From positions 1 to 60,747 of the forward strand of contig CALVOS010000038.1 of NCBI GenBank assembly GCA_944350325.1: a stretch of DNA of 60,747 bases. The letters run 5' to 3'. This DNA comes from an uncultured Bacilli bacterium. GTDB taxonomy: Bacteria > Bacillota_I > Bacilli_A > RFN20 > CAG-826. Both the position numbers and the translations under genes were made by a program. How positions within the stretch are numbered: position 1 is the first letter of the stretch; each line of letters begins with the position of its first letter. Below the pieces are notes generated by a model that made no database searches, was not told where the DNA came from, and saw nothing but the letters and a program-made list of their open reading frames with translations. This document shows positions 26,104 through 36,347 of this stretch, in pieces.

Positions 26104-27207
26104 ATGAAGGCGTGCATGTGCTGGAACTACCTATCGATCCACCAGGTCGATGTCGCGGAATCCTTCTTCCGCATCCTCGGGGACGACTTCCGTTTCATCT
26201 CATGCCAGAAGCCAAGCGGCGCGAAAGCTGCGCTGGCCGACTACGAGAACCGGCCCTATGTCATCCGTGCGTACGAAGAGGGCATGATGGAGACGGCCAG
26301 AAGGCTGATTCAAGAAGCGGACCTCTGCCTCCTCGCCCCCTACGAGCCATGCTGGTCGATCGCGAAGACGAAAAGGCTGCCGACCTTCGTCAGCACAGAG
26401 CGGATCTTCAAGTCGGAAAAGCCGGAAAGGGGATTGGTCCCCGCGCTTCGTCTCGTTCATGTCCGCATGATGTACGGGCCGTTCGCGAAAAGGGGCTCTT
26501 ATCTCCTTTGCAACAGCTACGGGACAAAAGAAGACTTCCTTCGAGCGAGGCTATTCGGAGGGAGGTGCCTGCGCTGGGGCTACTTCCCCAAGGCGGAGCC
26601 CCTCCCCCGTTCGCCTGGCGAAGGAATCCGTCTTCTATGGAGCGGAAGATGCCTGCGGTTGAAGCATCCGGACCTCGCCGTCCATGCCTTTCGTTACTTA
26701 AAGGAACATGGCTTCCCGGACGTCGAAATGGATCTCGTCCTGGCGGACTCCGATGAAAAGGAGGAATTCCTCTTAGAGCATAGAGACTCGCTAAAGGACC
26801 CCGGGATTCGAATCCTTGGGACGATCCCGCACGACGAGCTCCTTGAACTCATGGGATCCGCGGACCTCTTCCTCTTCCCGAGCGACAGGCGGGAAGGGTT
26901 CGGCGCCGTCCTTTACGAAGCGATGGAAGCGGGGTGCTGCTGTATCGCCAACGTCGAGGCAGGAGCGACGAAGCTGATCTCTGCTGACAAGGAGACCGCC
27001 ATCCATTACCACGATCTCGAATCCTTCGATAAAGCGCTGGGCTGGGCGGCGAGCCATTCGGAAGAGGCAAGGGCCATCGGAGAGAGGGCGGCCAAATTCA
27101 TCACCGAGCACTATTCAGCAGAAACCGCGGCAACCAACTTGATCGCGTTCGTGGAAAGCGGCGGTTCCCTTTTCCCGGAAGGTAAGGAACCCGGCTCCCT
27201 TTTCTAA
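26104..27207 (+). CDS. GT-B glycosyltransferase (GT4/GT1-like)
   Basis: The C-terminal motif LFLFPSDRREGFGAVLYEAMEAGCCCIAN matches the E-x7-E region. Confidence 0.85.
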   Translation: MKACMCWNYLSIHQVDVAESFFRILGDDFRFISCQKPSGAKAALADYENRPYVIRAYEEGMMETARRLIQEADLCLLAPYEPCWSIAKTKRLPTFVSTERIFKSEKPERGLVPALRLVHVRMMYGPFAKRGSYLLCNSYGTKEDFLRARLFGGRCLRWGYFPKAEPLPRSPGEGIRLLWSGRCLRLKHPDLAVHAFRYLKEHGFPDVEMDLVLADSDEKEEFLLEHRDSLKDPGIRILGTIPHDELLELMGSADLFLFPSDRREGFGAVLYEAMEAGCCCIANVEAGATKLISADKETAIHYHDLESFDKALGWAASHSEEARAIGERAAKFITEHYSAETAATNLIAFVESGGSLFPEGKEPGSLF

Positions 27208-27722
27208 GAGCCATCCCCCCCCAGAATCTCGGCCCGCAAGTCCGCTTCATCCTTCTTGATCGTCGCCGGAATGCCGGCGTATAGGCCGGGAACGGAAAGG
27301 GGCTTGATGACCACCGCACCGGCTGCGACGACCGTCGAGGGGGGAATAGTCGTTCCAGCAAGGAGCAACACCCGTTGCCCGATCCAAGAGCCATCGCCAA
27401 CTAAGACGTCGGCAGTGATGCCGGCACCCGCTCGCCTTGCCTCGTCTCCGATTTGGTGGCTTCCCGTTGACATGGTGACTTCCGGGGCGATGTCGCACCG
27501 GTCCCCTATGACGACGCGTCCGTTGCCGGTCGCCTTGAAGAAGGCGCCGACGAAAGAATCTCTCCCGATTTCCAGCTTTGCAGTGCAAAAGAGCGGGCCC
27601 ACCACCCTCGCCCCTTCGGCGACCTTGATGCCGCCCTGACGGAGCAACGATCTCTTCAGTCCGTAGAATCGCGGACCGCAAAAGAACGCGTTCAAGAACC
27701 AAAGCGCGACCCGTTTCCTCAT
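27204..27722 (-). CDS. Hexapeptide-repeat (LbH) O-acetyltransferase, WcaF-like
   Basis: Left-handed beta-helix repeats are visible (IGRDSFVG..., VIGDRCDIAPEV, VGDGSWIGQRVLLL). An ATGA overlap joins it to the upstream GT stop. Confidence 0.85.
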   Translation of the reverse strand: MRKRVALWFLNAFFCGPRFYGLKRSLLRQGGIKVAEGARVVGPLFCTAKLEIGRDSFVGAFFKATGNGRVVIGDRCDIAPEVTMSTGSHQIGDEARRAGAGITADVLVGDGSWIGQRVLLLAGTTIPPSTVVAAGAVVIKPLSVPGLYAGIPATIKKDEADLRAEILGGDGS

Positions 27723-28918
27723 GATTCCGAATCCTCCCCGCGATAGAGAGCCAGCAAGGCGCGGCAGTTCTTCTCGTAGTCGAAGCGATCAAGAGCCTGC
27801 TTCCTGCAGGCCTCCCGGACCTCTTCCCGGTCCCAGGAGAGCACCTCGTCAATCGCCTCTTCCATCTCGTCGTCCGTGGAATCTTGCCTCAAAACCCGCC
27901 CGCACCTCGGGCCCACGAGCTCCGGAAGGGCCATGCAGTCGAAAACGATGATCGGAACTCCGCACGAAAGGGATTCCGCCCCGACCTTGCCGAAGGTATC
28001 CGCGGTGGAAGTGTTGAGGAAGACATCGCCCCCTTGATAGAACCGGGCGAGCGCGCACACGTCGTCCGTAGGATCCAGGAACTCAATGAACGGAAAATCC
28101 TCCGGGGCAAAGCCGCGGCGAAGCCCAAGCATCCGGAAGTGGTATTTGTCCTTATGGGAACGGGCGAAAGCAACAAACCGCTCGAAGCGGCCGCTTCCTC
28201 GCGCAAGCATCGCCCACGCCACCTGGACGACAGGCTTCCTCCCGGAATGAGGAAGGAGGGCATCCCCGGGCCGGAACGCGAAAAGGTCGATCCAGTTCAA
28301 GATGACCCGCCGGGGAACATTCCGAAGGACGGAAAGGGAAAGGGCTTGTTCAGCGTAGCGGGAGTTGCACTGGATCACCAGGTTCCCCATGCCGGCGATC
28401 TTCTTCCTGAGCTCCATGTTCCTGGCGACCAAGGAGGGTCGCCCGAAGGGAAATCCCCTCTGGAACGGGCATCCCCTGCCGCAGGTCCCGTCCTTCCATC
28501 GGGCGCATTCGAGGAAGTAGCACCCGCCTGTCGCCATCCAGAAGTCGTGGGTCGTCCAAACCACCTTGCCAGGGAAGGAGGCTAGAAAACGGAACAGCGT
28601 CGGGATATGAAGGTAGTTCCCATGGAGGTTCCTCAGATGGATGACGTCCGGGTCCTCGCGCCTCAGGTACCGCACCAACTTTCTCGTGGCAAAATAGGAA
28701 TGCCATCCCTGGCTTCCGAACAACCGGGCCAGGACGTTATGGATGTAGTAGCCGACCCAACCGACGATGCGATATTCGTCAGGACCCTTCGGCTTCCTTC
28801 CGTGCCCATAGACGACCTTGGACTCGACGCCGTGCCCCTTTAGATACCGATGGACCTCCCTCATTGTCCTCCCGGTACTCCCGGAATCCGCGATAACGTT
28901 GATCTGGATGACTTTCAT
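27719..28918 (-). CDS. GT-B glycosyltransferase (GT4-like)
   Basis: MKVIQINVIADSGSTGRTM... is the N-terminus, with FLNTSTADTFGKVGAESLSCGVPIIV as the C-terminal motif. Confidence 0.85.
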   Translation of the reverse strand: MKVIQINVIADSGSTGRTMREVHRYLKGHGVESKVVYGHGRKPKGPDEYRIVGWVGYYIHNVLARLFGSQGWHSYFATRKLVRYLRREDPDVIHLRNLHGNYLHIPTLFRFLASFPGKVVWTTHDFWMATGGCYFLECARWKDGTCGRGCPFQRGFPFGRPSLVARNMELRKKIAGMGNLVIQCNSRYAEQALSLSVLRNVPRRVILNWIDLFAFRPGDALLPHSGRKPVVQVAWAMLARGSGRFERFVAFARSHKDKYHFRMLGLRRGFAPEDFPFIEFLDPTDDVCALARFYQGGDVFLNTSTADTFGKVGAESLSCGVPIIVFDCMALPELVGPRCGRVLRQDSTDDEMEEAIDEVLSWDREEVREACRKQALDRFDYEKNCRALLALYRGEDSES

Positions 28919-31027
28919 CTATTCCTGTCCCTCCAGGGCTTCGGAAACAAACTCCAGGAAACGCTTCCCGTTCCCGGCCGCCGAGTGGTTCTTCTCAGCC
29001 AAGGCGATGTTCCCTTGTCGTTCGGGACAACCGTAAGGGAAGGAGGAACCAAGAAGCCTCGCCGCGCAAGCGTCGAGATCTCCTTCGGTGGAGGCGACGA
29101 AATGGGACCCGTTGCTCCTAAGGTATTGGACGAAGCGATAGGATTCCGGGGCGTAGAAGAGGCAGGGAATGCCCAGCGCCAACATATCGGGAATCTTCGT
29201 CGAAAACCCGTTCCGGACGTCCCTCTGGCAGTAGGGATCGAACGACTCGCAGTGGACCAAGAGGTCAGCCTCCTCCTTAACCCGGTTCATCAAGGTTTCA
29301 TACGGCAGGAATCCTTCGTAAAGAATGCCGGCCCGCGAAAGCTCTTCGACCTCGCTCTTCTCCCCTTTCCCGTAAACATGGAAATTCCCTGAAAACCCGT
29401 TTCGGACGAGGGCGTCCTTGATTTCCACAAGGCCTTTCCAACGCAAGTGGCCGAGGTTTCCAAAGTAGAAGACTTTCCGGATGCTTCCGATATCCCGTGA
29501 AACAGGCTTCATGTCGGAAGAGTTTCCGATCCAGCAGGATTTACGGGAAGGGGCGATCTCGTCGTACTCCCGGAGGAGGTTTTCCGTCAGATGGATTACG
29601 TAGGAATCGCGATACGCCTTGACGTAGACACGCCGAAGTCTCCTCAAATAGATCCTCGACAAAGCGGTTCGCTTCCCCTTCGCACTCCCGTTGGACAAAA
29701 AGTCATAGCCCTTCTCCAGGTACTCCTCGGCGTTGTAATGGACGACCGGGACCTTGAGTTCCCTAGAAATCTTCCCTGCCAGTTCGGCAAAGGCGGGAAA
29801 GTCCGAGCTGAGGAGGAGGATCAGATCGGGACTTTCTTTCTGGAGCCAGTCGCGGACGGACTTTGTCAAAGGCCGGGAGAGCCTCCAAGCGAAATCACGG
29901 AGAAGCAACGTCGCCATGCTCTTGCGGATCTTGGCAGAGCCTGCCTTGGGGCAAACGTCACGGATGGTTTCCTCCCGTCCGCCGTCCAGACAAAAGGACG
30001 AGCGGACCGCGTCCTTATCCGTGAACGAAAAGTACGAGCGACAGCATTTCCCGGAAGGGGAACCAGCGATATGGAAATTGACCACGTTGTCTTCGCCCAC
30101 GGAAGAAAGGAGCTCGAGGATCGTCCTTCCGTTCGAATCATCCCAAGAAAGAGGGAGATGCGTCATGACCAGGATGCGAGGAGGGTTTCCGTCCCGACCG
30201 TACTTCCGGTAACGCCCCAATGCCGGATCCGTGCCAGTCCGGGCGACTCGGGCTTCTTCCTTCGCCCCCCGACGCAATATCCCAAGGCGCTTCCAGAACG
30301 GCAGTCCGTCCGCCTTCCAGCGAATAGCAGAACGAAGGAGAAAAGGGGGATATACCAAAGGATAGAGACGCCGGTAGATATAGCCCTTGGAGAAAAAGAA
30401 CTGAGCATCATGGCCATGAAACCATGTGGACGTACGTTCTTCACGGAGGCGCAGGCTTTTCCCAGGGCCGCCGGAATAAATCCTAAGGCCATGTTTCAAG
30501 GCGTCCCTTAGGAATACATTGTCCTCTCCACAAGAAACGGATTTCCCTGCCCCAATTCGCTCATCGAATTTGAGAACGGCGCTTACCAAAGACGACCGGA
30601 GGAATACATAGGCGGACATGTATCCTGCAGCAACATGCCGCCAGCGAAGCCTCTTCCCGAAAGGAAGGTCGGCACGGCTATTCCTCCCTTCCAAAGGGAA
30701 GCGAATCGCGTCAGCCCTGAGCTTCAAGAACATCTGCCCAACGCCTTCCGAATATGCGGAGGGCAAGGTGACGTCGTCATCCAGGAACGAGACGAATAAC
30801 CCTGTCGCCAAGGACAAGAGCTCGTTCCGGTTCTTGCTAAGGCCAATGTCGGAAGCCTCGATCGTGAGGAGGTGCTTTCCTTCGACGTGCCAGGAGCGGC
30901 AACCCCCATCTCGCCCGCATTGGCTGCGGATGATCGCATCCCCGTCCAGATTCATCTTCCGGGCAAGGGAAAGCATGTCCTCGTGACGGAGGCCCATCGT
31001 CGTCACAAGATACTGGATGTCAGCCAT
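28919..31027 (-). CDS. Two-domain glycosyltransferase (N-terminal GT-A-like with DxD, C-terminal GT-B-like), about 702 aa
   Basis: The N-terminal part has LFVSFLDDDVTL (DxD). The C-terminal part has HVYGKGEKSE...LLVHCESFD...GFSTKIPDMLALGIPCLFY. The start was moved to the ATG at 31027, which overlaps the wzy-like stop by 8 nt. Confidence 0.7.
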   Translation of the reverse strand: MADIQYLVTTMGLRHEDMLSLARKMNLDGDAIIRSQCGRDGGCRSWHVEGKHLLTIEASDIGLSKNRNELLSLATGLFVSFLDDDVTLPSAYSEGVGQMFLKLRADAIRFPLEGRNSRADLPFGKRLRWRHVAAGYMSAYVFLRSSLVSAVLKFDERIGAGKSVSCGEDNVFLRDALKHGLRIYSGGPGKSLRLREERTSTWFHGHDAQFFFSKGYIYRRLYPLVYPPFLLRSAIRWKADGLPFWKRLGILRRGAKEEARVARTGTDPALGRYRKYGRDGNPPRILVMTHLPLSWDDSNGRTILELLSSVGEDNVVNFHIAGSPSGKCCRSYFSFTDKDAVRSSFCLDGGREETIRDVCPKAGSAKIRKSMATLLLRDFAWRLSRPLTKSVRDWLQKESPDLILLLSSDFPAFAELAGKISRELKVPVVHYNAEEYLEKGYDFLSNGSAKGKRTALSRIYLRRLRRVYVKAYRDSYVIHLTENLLREYDEIAPSRKSCWIGNSSDMKPVSRDIGSIRKVFYFGNLGHLRWKGLVEIKDALVRNGFSGNFHVYGKGEKSEVEELSRAGILYEGFLPYETLMNRVKEEADLLVHCESFDPYCQRDVRNGFSTKIPDMLALGIPCLFYAPESYRFVQYLRSNGSHFVASTEGDLDACAARLLGSSFPYGCPERQGNIALAEKNHSAAGNGKRFLEFVSEALEGQE

Positions 31028-32345
31028 GGGCCCTTCTCCCGAAAAAGGCTCTCTTCGGATGCGTGTTCCCCAAGAGCACCGTCGCATAGTTCAGCAGCGG
31101 AACCTTCCGTTCATCCTGGGTGAATGCCATGGGAAGCAGTATGGGAACATACCATCCGAGAATGCCTAGGAAAGACCCCGAATCAAAAATCGAGGAGAAG
31201 AACAGGAAGCCGGCGGCAGCGAGACAACAAGCCTGCGCCCGCCCAGGATTCACACCAATCCTTTCGCCTAGGACAAGGAAGTTCCAGCAATAAAACATTA
31301 AGAACAGGAGGAAGACGATTGCTCCATCCTCGATCAAAATGTCCATGAATCCGCACTGGAATCCAGAAATTCCCGTGTTGGACTGAAGCGTCCCGGCCTC
31401 ATAGGAACCGAAAATCGGCGAGTCCAGGAACAGTTTCAAGGATCTCGACCAGACGGGAAGGCGGGTCGTTAGGTCCTTGCCGAAGAAGGGAACGCCCTCG
31501 AGGTAGGTGAAGATGTCCGTCAATGTACCAAGGGCAAGATAGCCCCCCACCACAAGAATGGGGATAAAGATGGGAAGAACGGCGACGAAGCGGAGGGAAC
31601 CTTTGCCAACCACCAGGTAGCGGAGCAGGAAATAGACCAAGACGCAAAGGATGGCCGCGAGCCATCCCGCCCGGCATTTCGTCAGGTAGTTCAAGTAGGC
31701 GTCCAGGAGGATCAAGGCCCCGGTAGCAACCTTCAGCCAGGGGGATCTCAGAAACACAAGGAAACAAAGGAGAAGGACCATGCAAGAAGAAAGCACCAAC
31801 CCCGTCTGGTTGGGATTGGAATACCCGAGGGTGAGCGCCCCCGACAGATAGTGGCGGCCAAAGCCCGCGAAATAAGAAAGCCCGAACCAAAGGACAAGCC
31901 CCGAGACGAGGACGAAGGACACTTGCGCCAGCCTTCCTTTTTCAAACTTGCCGAAGAGGCAGAGATGCGTGGTCAGGAAGACGCAGAGGACGATGATCGC
32001 CTTCCGAAAGAAGGAAAGGCTCCAAAGCGAAGGGTCCGTCGCCACCAGAAAGTTCAACGCCATGAAGACGCACATCAGGACGAGCAAGAGCAAGGAGACC
32101 GCGGCTTCCGAACGGACGAGGGAACGCCCCTTGGCTACCGAAAGCCAGCGTCGTCCTAGATGAAGAAGAAACCAGAGGAAAACGAGGACGAAGGACCCGG
32201 TGAAGCAAAGGGAGGAAAGGGAAAGCGCCCCGAGGGCGACGAAGGCCTGGGAAAGGGTCACGACGAAGAGGAGGAGGGACAGGAAGGCCGTGTCCAGCGT
32301 GAAGCCAAGTATCCATGACTTCAGGTTCTTAGTGAATGTGCCCAT
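31020..32345 (-). CDS. O-antigen polymerase/ligase-like (Wzy-type) membrane protein
   Basis: It has about 10 or more hydrophobic spans, a Wzy_C-like segment (YLTKCRAGWLAAILCVLVYF) and sits among GT genes. The start is either 32345 or 32372. Confidence 0.7.
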   Translation of the reverse strand: MGTFTKNLKSWILGFTLDTAFLSLLLFVVTLSQAFVALGALSLSSLCFTGSFVLVFLWFLLHLGRRWLSVAKGRSLVRSEAAVSLLLLVLMCVFMALNFLVATDPSLWSLSFFRKAIIVLCVFLTTHLCLFGKFEKGRLAQVSFVLVSGLVLWFGLSYFAGFGRHYLSGALTLGYSNPNQTGLVLSSCMVLLLCFLVFLRSPWLKVATGALILLDAYLNYLTKCRAGWLAAILCVLVYFLLRYLVVGKGSLRFVAVLPIFIPILVVGGYLALGTLTDIFTYLEGVPFFGKDLTTRLPVWSRSLKLFLDSPIFGSYEAGTLQSNTGISGFQCGFMDILIEDGAIVFLLFLMFYCWNFLVLGERIGVNPGRAQACCLAAAGFLFFSSIFDSGSFLGILGWYVPILLPMAFTQDERKVPLLNYATVLLGNTHPKRAFFGRRAHG

Positions 32346-35118
32346 TGAGATAGAACCCTCCGTCCTCGTCATTCATCCAGATGCTGTCATCCCACCCAAG
32401 GAGACCAAGGGACACGGAAGATAGGCTCCTGTACGTGCCACCCGCCCCCGACGCTTCTGGGATTTCTTTCGTGTAGTAGTTCCCTCTCGCGAGGCAATCC
32501 TCGTCGGCCGTGCCGCCGATTTGGCCAATGCGAACGGAAGGCCGGATTGTAGGCGAGAAGGAACTCACGCAGGACTCGACCTCCGTCCCTTTCGCCTCGC
32601 CTACAATCCCACCCAAGGAAGAGCCTTCTCCCCCGTCTGCGATCACCTCGGCGTAGCAATTGGATATGGAAGAACCGTCGGAAATCCCGGCGATCCCGCC
32701 GATGAAAGCCTTGCCGCTGCTTCGATACGCCCGCGCGGACTTGCAGTCGCGGATAACCGAATCCCGACACTCCCCGGCGATTCCGCCGATGGCGGAAAGC
32801 GAGGATCCATCAATCTCCAAGGTAACGTTCCCGTCGTTCGTGCACCGTTCCATCCGTCCATCGTTCCGCAAGGAGCCGGCAAGACCGATGGAGATATCTC
32901 CTTCCCACTCGAAATTCATCGACCGGTTCCCCCAACAGTTCCGGATTGTACCGCCATCGACGACTCCCGCCACTTGCCCGATATAGGCAGAATCCGACGC
33001 GCCCTGGAAGCTCAGCGTGCCTCCGCCAAAGCGAACCACGACGTTCTCAATTGTTCCCATGTTATAGGCGGCGATCTGACCGAAGGAAAACTCGGTGCAA
33101 GATTCAACTTCGGAAGGAATTTCGACCGTAAAGCCGGAGGAATAAATATTGATGTTCCTGATGGTGCCCTCGTTATATCCGATGAACCCGAAATAGCAGT
33201 TCCCTTCGTCTCCAATGGCAATCACGGAATTCTCATCGGCCCCCTGGAGGGTAACGCCCTTTCCGTCGATGATGCCACGGAAGGGCCTTTCCTTCGTCCC
33301 AATCGGAGTCCATCCCTCCGGAAGTTCCATCACATCGGACCCGAGGAAAACAAAATGCCCATTCAAATCGGCTGCAATCTTGAAAAGATCGTCCGGTGAA
33401 GAGATATAGGTAATGTCCGGATAGTAGTAGACGCCAATGAGTGCCAGGGAAAAAACACCGATTGCCACGGCCCCGAGGACGAGGGCGGGAACGGACCACC
33501 GGAAGGAGCCGCCCCCGCCACGCGAGACGAACGTCCTTCCCAATGAACGAAAGACTTTCCCGAGCCCGGCCTTCTCCAAGAAGAGACGCGTGTCTGCGAC
33601 CCCGAACCCGACCCAAGCGGTCGCCATATAAACGAGCACGACTGCCACTCCGGTGATAAGAAGGCGCCAGAGGGAACCGAGAGCCAGCCCATAATGCAGG
33701 GCGAGCCCTACCGCAAGAGAAGCCACGATAGCAGGCGCGAACCCAAGGCATCCTTTCATGAAGAAGTCCCAAAGAGAAACGTCAAGGTGCCTTTTGAAGA
33801 GATAAAGGGAACCGGCTGCCTTCAAGGCCATGGAAATCAGGATGGCGGCGGATACGCCATACACCCCCCAGAGATAGCCGAGCCCAAAGAGAAGCCCTAC
33901 GTTGATGACACTGGCGAGGAACTCCACTAACGCAAGCTCGCGTATCGAGTTCCGATACCGCATGAGCGCGGTCCGGTAGATGGTGAACGGAACGACGAAG
34001 AGCTGGCTCGCGGAAAGGATCACGGCGGATACGTAGGCCGGAGAGAACACGGGGTCGCCACCAAGCCAGACGAAAATGAAGTCCTCGCCAACGGAAACGA
34101 AGCCGATAAACACAAGAAGAAAGAGGTAAAGCTGGATTCTTCCCACCTTAATCGCGAGGCTTTGGATCTTCTCCGCCTGGTCCTTCGGATCCCCTTCCGA
34201 AATGCGCGCAAGCTGAGGCATGAAGAATCCGTTCATCACCGCGCTGAAGCTGTACATATAGCCTTCGAGAGGGCTGGCGATCCCGAACACGGCGATTCCC
34301 GTCGAATCCGAAACGATGCCAAGAACGCTCGGGGCGATGGTGATCATCAGCCGGGAAGCCAAGGTGATGACAAAGGCAAAGATGGAGAAAGAGGCGATCT
34401 CCTCGCACTCAGCAAGGGAGGTCTTGATGGAAAGGCGGATCCTTTTCCTGAGGCGGAACCGGACGAGGAGATAAAGAGACAGCGAATTGACCAGGGAGGA
34501 AATCGCATAGGCAACGACGATTGCGTAAATCCCCCATCGGAACGCCAGCGCGATCACCGTCAGGACGATATAGACGGTCTTATGCAGAACCTCGACAAGT
34601 TTGGCCGGAGCGAACTCCTCGTAGGCTGAAAGGACGCCATTGAAAATCGCAGTAGGAAACGTAATGAGGGAAGCTCCGGCAAGGATGACGAAGACAACCT
34701 TCAGGACATCCCGCTCCTCCGCGGAAAGGCCGACATAGACATAGTCGATCAGGAAACCAAATATGACGAAGGCGATAAGGATCAGGGCGTCAATGAAGAG
34801 GTAGAGCTTGAGGGTCGCGCTGAGAAACCGGTCCTCGTCAGCTATTTTTCCTTGCGCACGAAATCGGGAAACATAAGCATTGATCGTCGAACTCAACCCG
34901 AAATCAAGAAGAAAGAGATTCAGGATGGAGATCGCGAGGGTGTAGATTCCGTAAAGCCCGATGCCAATCTCGTTTTTAATCCATGGGGTAAAGAAAAGGC
35001 TGCTGAGGATGGAGACTCCGAGAGCCACATAGCCAAGGATGGCACCCCAAAGGATTTTCTTTTTGGGCGAAGCGTTCGCTAAAGTCGTGTGGGCAAGGTT
35101 CGCAGGCACGCTACGCAT
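32329..35118 (-). CDS. Wzx/MOP-family polysaccharide flippase fused through an extra TM helix to a ~360-aa GLUG-motif beta-helix-like ectodomain
   Basis: Residues about 25-520 form a polytopic MOP flippase-like core. An extra TM follows (VPALVLGAVAIGVFSLALIGVYY). Then come repeats of the form G-[GL]-[IV]-[AG]-G...I.NC, for example IGGIAGECRDSVIRDC, IGGIAGISDGSSISNC and LGGIVGEAKGTEVESC. The start is ATG 35118 or TTG 35142. Confidence 0.75.
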   Translation of the reverse strand: MRSVPANLAHTTLANASPKKKILWGAILGYVALGVSILSSLFFTPWIKNEIGIGLYGIYTLAISILNLFLLDFGLSSTINAYVSRFRAQGKIADEDRFLSATLKLYLFIDALILIAFVIFGFLIDYVYVGLSAEERDVLKVVFVILAGASLITFPTAIFNGVLSAYEEFAPAKLVEVLHKTVYIVLTVIALAFRWGIYAIVVAYAISSLVNSLSLYLLVRFRLRKRIRLSIKTSLAECEEIASFSIFAFVITLASRLMITIAPSVLGIVSDSTGIAVFGIASPLEGYMYSFSAVMNGFFMPQLARISEGDPKDQAEKIQSLAIKVGRIQLYLFLLVFIGFVSVGEDFIFVWLGGDPVFSPAYVSAVILSASQLFVVPFTIYRTALMRYRNSIRELALVEFLASVINVGLLFGLGYLWGVYGVSAAILISMALKAAGSLYLFKRHLDVSLWDFFMKGCLGFAPAIVASLAVGLALHYGLALGSLWRLLITGVAVVLVYMATAWVGFGVADTRLFLEKAGLGKVFRSLGRTFVSRGGGGSFRWSVPALVLGAVAIGVFSLALIGVYYYPDITYISSPDDLFKIAADLNGHFVFLGSDVMELPEGWTPIGTKERPFRGIIDGKGVTLQGADENSVIAIGDEGNCYFGFIGYNEGTIRNINIYSSGFTVEIPSEVESCTEFSFGQIAAYNMGTIENVVVRFGGGTLSFQGASDSAYIGQVAGVVDGGTIRNCWGNRSMNFEWEGDISIGLAGSLRNDGRMERCTNDGNVTLEIDGSSLSAIGGIAGECRDSVIRDCKSARAYRSSGKAFIGGIAGISDGSSISNCYAEVIADGGEGSSLGGIVGEAKGTEVESCVSSFSPTIRPSVRIGQIGGTADEDCLARGNYYTKEIPEASGAGGTYRSLSSVSLGLLGWDDSIWMNDEDGGFYLNGHIH

Positions 35119-35216
35119 TTTATGCGTAGAAGGTCCTGGCAACTAGGTTTACATCATAATTCCGCCTGCAGGACAAAAGACGAAACAAAAGGGGGGACGG
35201 CAGCCACAGAGTGGGA

Positions 35217-36347
35217 TTAAAGTCCCCAAACTTCCTTCCTGACCCAATCCGTCAGACTTGATATAGCCCACACGACCTTATCCGAGACATCGTCCACGTC
35301 ATAGTCCGGAACAGCGATAATCCCTCTAGAACGACCCTCAAAAGCCCGTTTTCTCGCAATCGGGATTGCGTGCAGGATGTTTTCCTTCCGAATTCCGGGA
35401 ATCGACATCGCGTGATGGATTGTCCCTTCCTGGCGCTCCGTAGAGGTACGGATCAACACCGCAGGAAAATGAGAGATCGCGCTTTCCTCGGTCAGGGACC
35501 CGGAGTCGCTCAGCACGACATAGGCGTTCCTCTGAAGCTTCCCGTAGTCAAGGAAGCCGAAGGGCTTGCTCTCGATGATCCTCGGGGAAAGACGGAAGCC
35601 TTCCGCCTCAAGCCTCTTCCTAGTCCTAGGGTGGCAGGAGAAGACGATGGGCATCCCTAGTTCCTCGGCGATCTCGTTCAGCGAGGTGAAGAGGGTGATC
35701 ATCTTCTCCCTGTTGTCTACGTTCTCTTCCCGATGGGCGGAGAAGACGATGTAATGGTCCTTCTCCAGCCCCAGCCTTTCAAGGACGTCGGAAGCCTCGA
35801 TCTCTTTGTCATGGGCGAGGATCACTTCCTTCATTGGGGATCCCGTCCTCACGATCCTCCTTTGGGGGAGGCCCTCCCTCAGAAGGTTCTGCTCGGCGAA
35901 CTCGCTGTAGGGCATGTTGATGTCGGCGATGTGGTCGACGATCACGCGGTTGGTCATCTCCGCGACGTTCCAGTCCCAGCAGCGGTTCCACGCCTCCATG
36001 TGGAAGATCGGGCACTTGAGTCTCTTCGCGGAGATCGCGGAAAGCGCGCTGTTCGTATCCCCAAGGATCAGGACCGCGTCCGGCCTCTCCTCCCGGATGA
36101 CCTCGTAGGACTTCGCGATGATGTTCCCCATCGTCTCCCCGAGGTCCTTCCCGACCGCGGAAAGGAAGATGTCGGGCTTCCGAAGGCCCAGCTCCTCGAA
36201 GAAGATGCCATTCAGCTCGTAGTCGTAGTTCTGCCCCGTATGCACGAGCGTATGGTCGAACTCCCGGTCAAGCCTCTTGATGGTCTCGGAGAGACGGATG
36301 ATCTCGGGCCTCGTCCCGACGATCGTCATCACCTTCATCCTAGGCAT
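35217..36347 (-). CDS. capG: UDP-N-acetylglucosamine 2-epimerase, non-hydrolysing (CapG/FnlC type)
   Basis: MKVMTIVGTRPEIIRLS and DSGSLTEE are present, with full-length resemblance. The start at 36347 has a GGAGG 7 nt upstream and overlaps the upstream stop. Confidence 0.9.
   Translation of the reverse strand: MPRMKVMTIVGTRPEIIRLSETIKRLDREFDHTLVHTGQNYDYELNGIFFEELGLRKPDIFLSAVGKDLGETMGNIIAKSYEVIREERPDAVLILGDTNSALSAISAKRLKCPIFHMEAWNRCWDWNVAEMTNRVIVDHIADINMPYSEFAEQNLLREGLPQRRIVRTGSPMKEVILAHDKEIEASDVLERLGLEKDHYIVFSAHREENVDNREKMITLFTSLNEIAEELGMPIVFSCHPRTRKRLEAEGFRLSPRIIESKPFGFLDYGKLQRNAYVVLSDSGSLTEESAISHFPAVLIRTSTERQEGTIHHAMSIPGIRKENILHAIPIARKRAFEGRSRGIIAVPDYDVDDVSDKVVWAISSLTDWVRKEVWGL

Noticed and set aside
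32329-33423. Nucleotide-level tandem repeat or contingency locus in the GLUG region
   Set aside because: The repeats are visible at protein level only. The DNA copies are diverged, with no identical nucleotide units that would support slippage.
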